Below are positions 58,387 to 64,000 of a stretch of 64,000 nucleotides of DNA, in pieces. The notes below the pieces were generated by a model. The model ran no database searches. It had not been told where the DNA came from and saw only the letters and a program-made list of their open reading frames with translations. The DNA is from the human T2T-CHM13v2.0 reference genome, Homo sapiens: assembly GCF_009914755.1 (NCBI RefSeq), contig NC_060931.1; one strand, written 5' to 3'. The position numbers and the translations under genes are program-made. Position 1 is the stretch's first letter. Each line of letters starts with the position of its first letter.

Positions 58387-58414
58387 TTGACATTATTTGG
58401 AATGAGAAAATAAA

Positions 58415-58769
58415 CATATGCTCCTCTGTGGGTTTGCATCCCAATAAACCCATTGTAAATTAAAAATATCTTTAAGTCGAAAATGCGTGTAATACACCTA
58501 ATCCACGTAACATCATAGCTTAGCCTAGCCTACTTTAAACCTGCTCAGAACACACACTAGCCCACAGTCAGGCAAAATGATCTAACACAAAACCTATTTT
58601 ATAATAAAGTGTTGAATATCGTGTGTAATTGATTTAATACTGTACCAAAAGTGAAAAACAGAATGGTTGCATGGGTACTCAAAGAACGCTTTCCACTGAA
58701 TGCATGCTGCTTTCCTTCCATTTGTAAAGTCAAAAAATGTTAAGTCAAACCATTCTAAGGTACCATCTG
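58415..58769. mobile_element. MER47A-like Tigger DNA transposon
   Basis: aacatcatagcttagcctagcctac...ctattttataataaagtgttgaatatc...aaaagtgaaaaacagaatggttg. Confidence 0.8.
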
Positions 58770-60419
58770 TACAGTTTACTACAAAAGCCACATTTTAAAT
58801 TTTCTATGAGGAATCTGCATCTTTTGAAAAAGCTTATTTGAAGACCCTTTTCTCAAGAGAAAAAAATACATATTTATTTGGGGGTTGTTATGAAAGGCTT
58901 TCTATAAACCTTAAAATGTATTATTTATTTTTAAAGTGTTCCGTTTACTGACTTATTGTCCTATAACCCCCTGTAATACTTAGCACTGTAAAAGCCTAGT
59001 GAAAGATGAGGAATATTTGGGCTTAAGTCATTATTCTGTAATCTAAAATACTTTGGCAAAACTGGGAAACAAATTAAGGAGGGGAGAAAAGAAGAAAGGG
59101 ATAGAAGAAAGGAGAGAAAGAGGAAGGGAATGAAGGAGAGGAAGGAGAAAGTGGGCCTTCCGCCTACTCTGACCCACGTAGTAACGGCTCTCCCCCATTG
59201 ATTCGCAGTCATTCTTTGTCAGGTATTATGATCTAATGAAACATCATCCTCTATTTTGATCTGTTGCTACTGCAGCACCCACAATTTATTAGGTGCTTGC
59301 TTGCATCTCAAAACACAACAATGCTTTGAAGGATGATTGGCCTCGTCTGATCAAAGCAAATTTCATTAGGTGAAATAGCTTGACTTATAGCTGGCCTATA
59401 AAACAGAATTGGAAAAAATTTTAATGTCTGCATAAAAATACCTGCCAAAGACTTCAATAATGTTTATTTTTCTTCAAAGACACAACAAAGACTGGGTAGC
59501 TAAATAATTTCTTATCTAACTGAAAAACCTGGTGCCCAGAAACCATTCAGAAAATTTTTATATAAACCAAAATAAAAATCCTTTGAAACTTCACCACGTA
59601 AACTGCAAAATCTTACTTAAAATGACTAGAACTGATTTATAAAAACAAGTAGACAATATGGTTAATTTTTTAAAACTAAAAATTGATAGGGTTTCAATAC
59701 AGCCAATTCTTGGTGATTCAGGAATTGATAATCCAAATCATAGATTTTTCCAGGACCTTGTTTTTCTGAAATCTTTTTCCTTTGGCTGCATTTCAGCCAT
59801 TTTGCTGCTTTTCATCTCAACCACTGAGTTTGGGTAAGTTGTGCAAGAGAAGATCTAGCTCAAATTATTCTGCTCAATTTTCCTTAGTTGTTTGATTGGA
59901 AAAGTCCAAACCACAGACTAACATGGGTTCTGGATTCTCTATTTTATGTGATTTCACTATTCTATTATGGTTTGCTGAGAAAAAAAAAAAAGTTGGAGTC
60001 ATTTGTAATAGCTGTAAAATGGAAAATCTTAGCTGTTTTCCTAAGGAAAAATAAGGAAAGTGAATTTTAAATAACTTAATCAAATAATCAATCAGGATAA
60101 GGTAAAAAGAAACAAATTCATCAATATAAATGCTATGTCACCTAAAATATTCTAGTGCTTGTATTTTTTTTCTAATTTTGTCTTAATTCTATATTTTCCC
60201 TATGTGAGTATAACCTTAATTATAAAAATGTTTAGTTTTTCTCACTTTTAATAACTTTAGCTATATATAATGTGAATTATCAATAATTGGGAAAAGTCAG
60301 ATGACATTTGCATTCAAGCCATTTAATATAATTCTATAAAGGCAAATTTGAGAATTTATAATAGTGCAAACTCATTTAAAGATTTCCTACTGCTCCCAAT
60401 AATTAACTCAAAATTAGGG

Positions 60420-60640
60420 TCATTAAGAAATCTAAGACCAAAGAAAAAGAAATTCTGCCCATAGACTGCAGTTTCAGCTCCTGCTTGAGAGCTTTCAGCC
60501 TTCCTTTCCCAAAGACCTGCCCTACTGATTTCAGACTTGCCTACCCGCCCCCATAATTGCCTGAGTCAATTCCTTGTGGTAAATCTCTTATTATATATCT
60601 CCTACTGGTTCTGTTTCTCTGGGTGAACCCTGACTGGTAT
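60420..60640 (+). mobile_element. MLT2-family LTR 3' portion
   Basis: Ends taaatctcttattatatatctcctactggttctgtttctctgggtgaaccctgactggtata. Confidence 0.7.
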
Positions 60641-60874
60641 ATTCCCCCACGCTCCCACCATCTGCCTCCCACCCATTCCCCTCTTTGTCTTAGTCAAACT
60701 CCTGCTACCCCCTAACTCTCTGAAAGGACTTTCCTTATATCCCATCCTCCAGTCATCCCTGGAGCCATAAGGGAAGACTGACTTTTTCATCACAGAGAGA
60801 GAAAAAATCAATTACTCATCAGGAATCATAAATCAGGAGGCAATTTAAATTGTTCTACCTGTCTTCTTCCACCC

Positions 60875-61911
<1,037 letters not shown>

Positions 61912-62177
61912 GAACAGAAAATCAAACACCGCATGTTCTCACTCATAAGTGGGAGTTGAACAATGAGAACACATGGACACAGGGAGGGGAACATCGTACA
62001 CCGGGGCCTGTCAGGGGGTGAGGAGTTAGGGGAGGGATAGCATTAGGAGAAATACCTAATGTAGATGATGAGTTGATGGGTGCAGCAAACCACCATGGCA
62101 CGTGTATACCTATGTAACAAAACTGCATGTTCTGCACATGTACCCCAGAACTTACAGTATACATTTTTTTAAAAAAA
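61912..62177 (+). mobile_element. 5'-truncated L1PA 3' end with TSD
   Basis: gaacagaaaatcaaacaccgcatgttctcactcataagtgggag...tgtaccccagaactta; TSD core tcttgtatta at 61902-61911 and 62180-62189. Confidence 0.92.
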
Positions 62178-62765
62178 GCTCTTGTATTAAAAATAAATAG
62201 AAAGAAGTCCAAGACCATATTGCAAGTTCCATTCCTCACATGAACAAATATGTATTGGACAGCAACTACATGCAAAGTGCCATTCTAGGCACTGATGTCA
62301 AGGAGCTTGAAATCCAATGGTAGGACAAGATATATGTAAATTACTACTGTAAGATGTACAAGTGCTGCAAGAATGACAGGAAACTGTGAAGTATTTAAAG
62401 AGGCTTCGGAAAGAGTGTCAGTAGATAAGTTTTAAAAAGTAAGTTTGGACAATATTGCAGACTATATTGCAGAGGGTTTTTAACAGTGGGGGATGGTGTT
62501 TTTATTGACTTCAATAGAAAATGTAAGATTATGAGCAGAAAGGTGATGATGAGAATGGTGTTTCAGCTAGCTTCTTCCAGGGATTGTGGCAGTTTGAAAA
62601 CAGGTCAGGCTAGAATTAAGATGCCAGTTAAAAGGACATTATCCTCAGGTGAGGATTAATGGAGACCCTGCTTACAGGTGGGGCAGAAAGAAGGAAAGGA
62701 GGGAATAGATTCAATACAGACAGACCTATATATGTGACCAAAAACTACTTCCTTACAAGTAATCT

Positions 62766-63219
62766 GGATATGGTTTGGATATGGATTGTTCATGCCCGCC
62801 AAAACTCATGTTCAAACGTGATCCCCAAAGTGGCAGATTGGGCCTAGTGGGAGGTGTTTGTTTTTGAGAACTGGGAGCAGATCCTTCATAAAGATTCAGC
62901 ACTGTTCTTGTAGTAGTGAGTTCTCCTTCTGGCGAGAAGGAATTAGTTCTTGAGAGAATGGATTAGTTCCCAAGAGAGCGGATTGTTATAAAGCAAACTT
63001 CCTCCTGCTATTTAGTCCCCCTTCCCACATTCCCACTTCACCTTTGACCTTCTCCACCATGTTTTGACACGGCAGAAAAATCCTCGCCAGAAGCCCAGCA
63101 GATACCAGTGCCATGCTTCTTGTACAGCCTACAGAAACGTGAGTCAAATAACCCTTTTTTCTTTATAAACTACCGAGACCCAGGTATTCCTTTTTAGCAA
63201 AACTAAATGGACTAAGGCA
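62766..63219 (+). mobile_element. MaLR solo LTR (MSTB/C-like)
   Basis: gatatggtttggatat...aaaactcatgtt...ccatgcttcttgtacagcctacagaa...aaatggactaaggca. Confidence 0.82.
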
Positions 63220-64000
63220 AACCTCTAATTACATTATAATTCAACACATACACATTTGCATACATCAGTGAAACAAACATTTCACAAAAACGCTTCCCTT
63301 ACTATGTGTAATGCACACTAATGTTTTCTATTGTTTAATTCCCTTTCTTTTTTTTACTTAAAAACTGAGGTTAAACCACTAAACCAATTTCCTCATCTAC
63401 TGGGTCATGACCTGTGGTTTAAAAACACTGGACTGGATAATGCGATAAAGAAGATGACTCAGTTTTAAATCGGGGCAATTGAGAGAATGGCAGTTTCATG
63501 CATTGGGAAATATTTCATTGAGAAGCCTCAACTTATTGGGACAACAGCTTAATTTTTTCCAGTAACTGCCTTCAGCTATGCTCCATCAATCATCTCCTCC
63601 CCATTTGACTTCATAACTTTTTTTTCTATTTACTTTCTTCATTTACTTCAAGAGCACAACATTGGATAAAGCAGCATACATGTTTCATTATATATTGGCA
63701 TCATTCATGGCCCTCTTTTTATTTATTTTACATTTATTAGTAATATAATCAATACTCATAAATCAATTACCCAATCAAATAATTAGAATAGTGAAAAAAA
63801 CTTACATCTATCTATGTTTGCCTCCCCATTCCATCTTTGGCGTCCTCTTACCTACCATGACAATTACCCCAAAATATGTTTATCATTCTCTTGATTTTAA
63901 ATAATAATTGATCACAAATGTTGGTTTAAGACAAAGCGATCAACTTATGTATAAACTTCTAGGGATGGATTTTTTAACTCAATATCATATTATTACTATT

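Overview
Primate, almost certainly human, genomic DNA from the CAV1 locus (7q31.2, between CAV1 and MET). Bases 1-11935 are the distal part of CAV1 intron 2. Bases 11936-12277 are the last coding exon (caveolin-1 residues 66-178), followed by a ~1.9 kb 3' UTR with proximal and distal AATAAA signals. The remaining ~50 kb is non-coding and repeat-rich: Alu, L1, L2, MIR, MaLR/ERVL LTRs, hAT and Tigger DNA transposons, and microsatellites. No other protein-coding gene is supported; the other ORF-track entries read as repeat-derived or chance ORFs. I found no convincing new multi-gene biological system. The most notable observations are: (1) a three-level nested insertion (L1MB > THE1 LTR > L1PA) whose L1 shows a twin-priming inversion and an apparent 13-nt 3' micro-transduction; (2) two long GGAA arrays grown from Alu tails on either side of the CAV1 last exon, candidate EWSR1-FLI1 response elements; (3) minus-strand exon-like units with strong splice signals, consistent with the antisense lncRNA I recall here (COMETT/LINC01510); (4) a ~150-bp local duplication that preserves a pre-Alu empty site; (5) GATA microsatellites arising at the homologous position of two MLT2 LTRs with opposite polarity. 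Repeat subfamily names come from recalled consensus sequences, and boundaries of old repeats are approximate.
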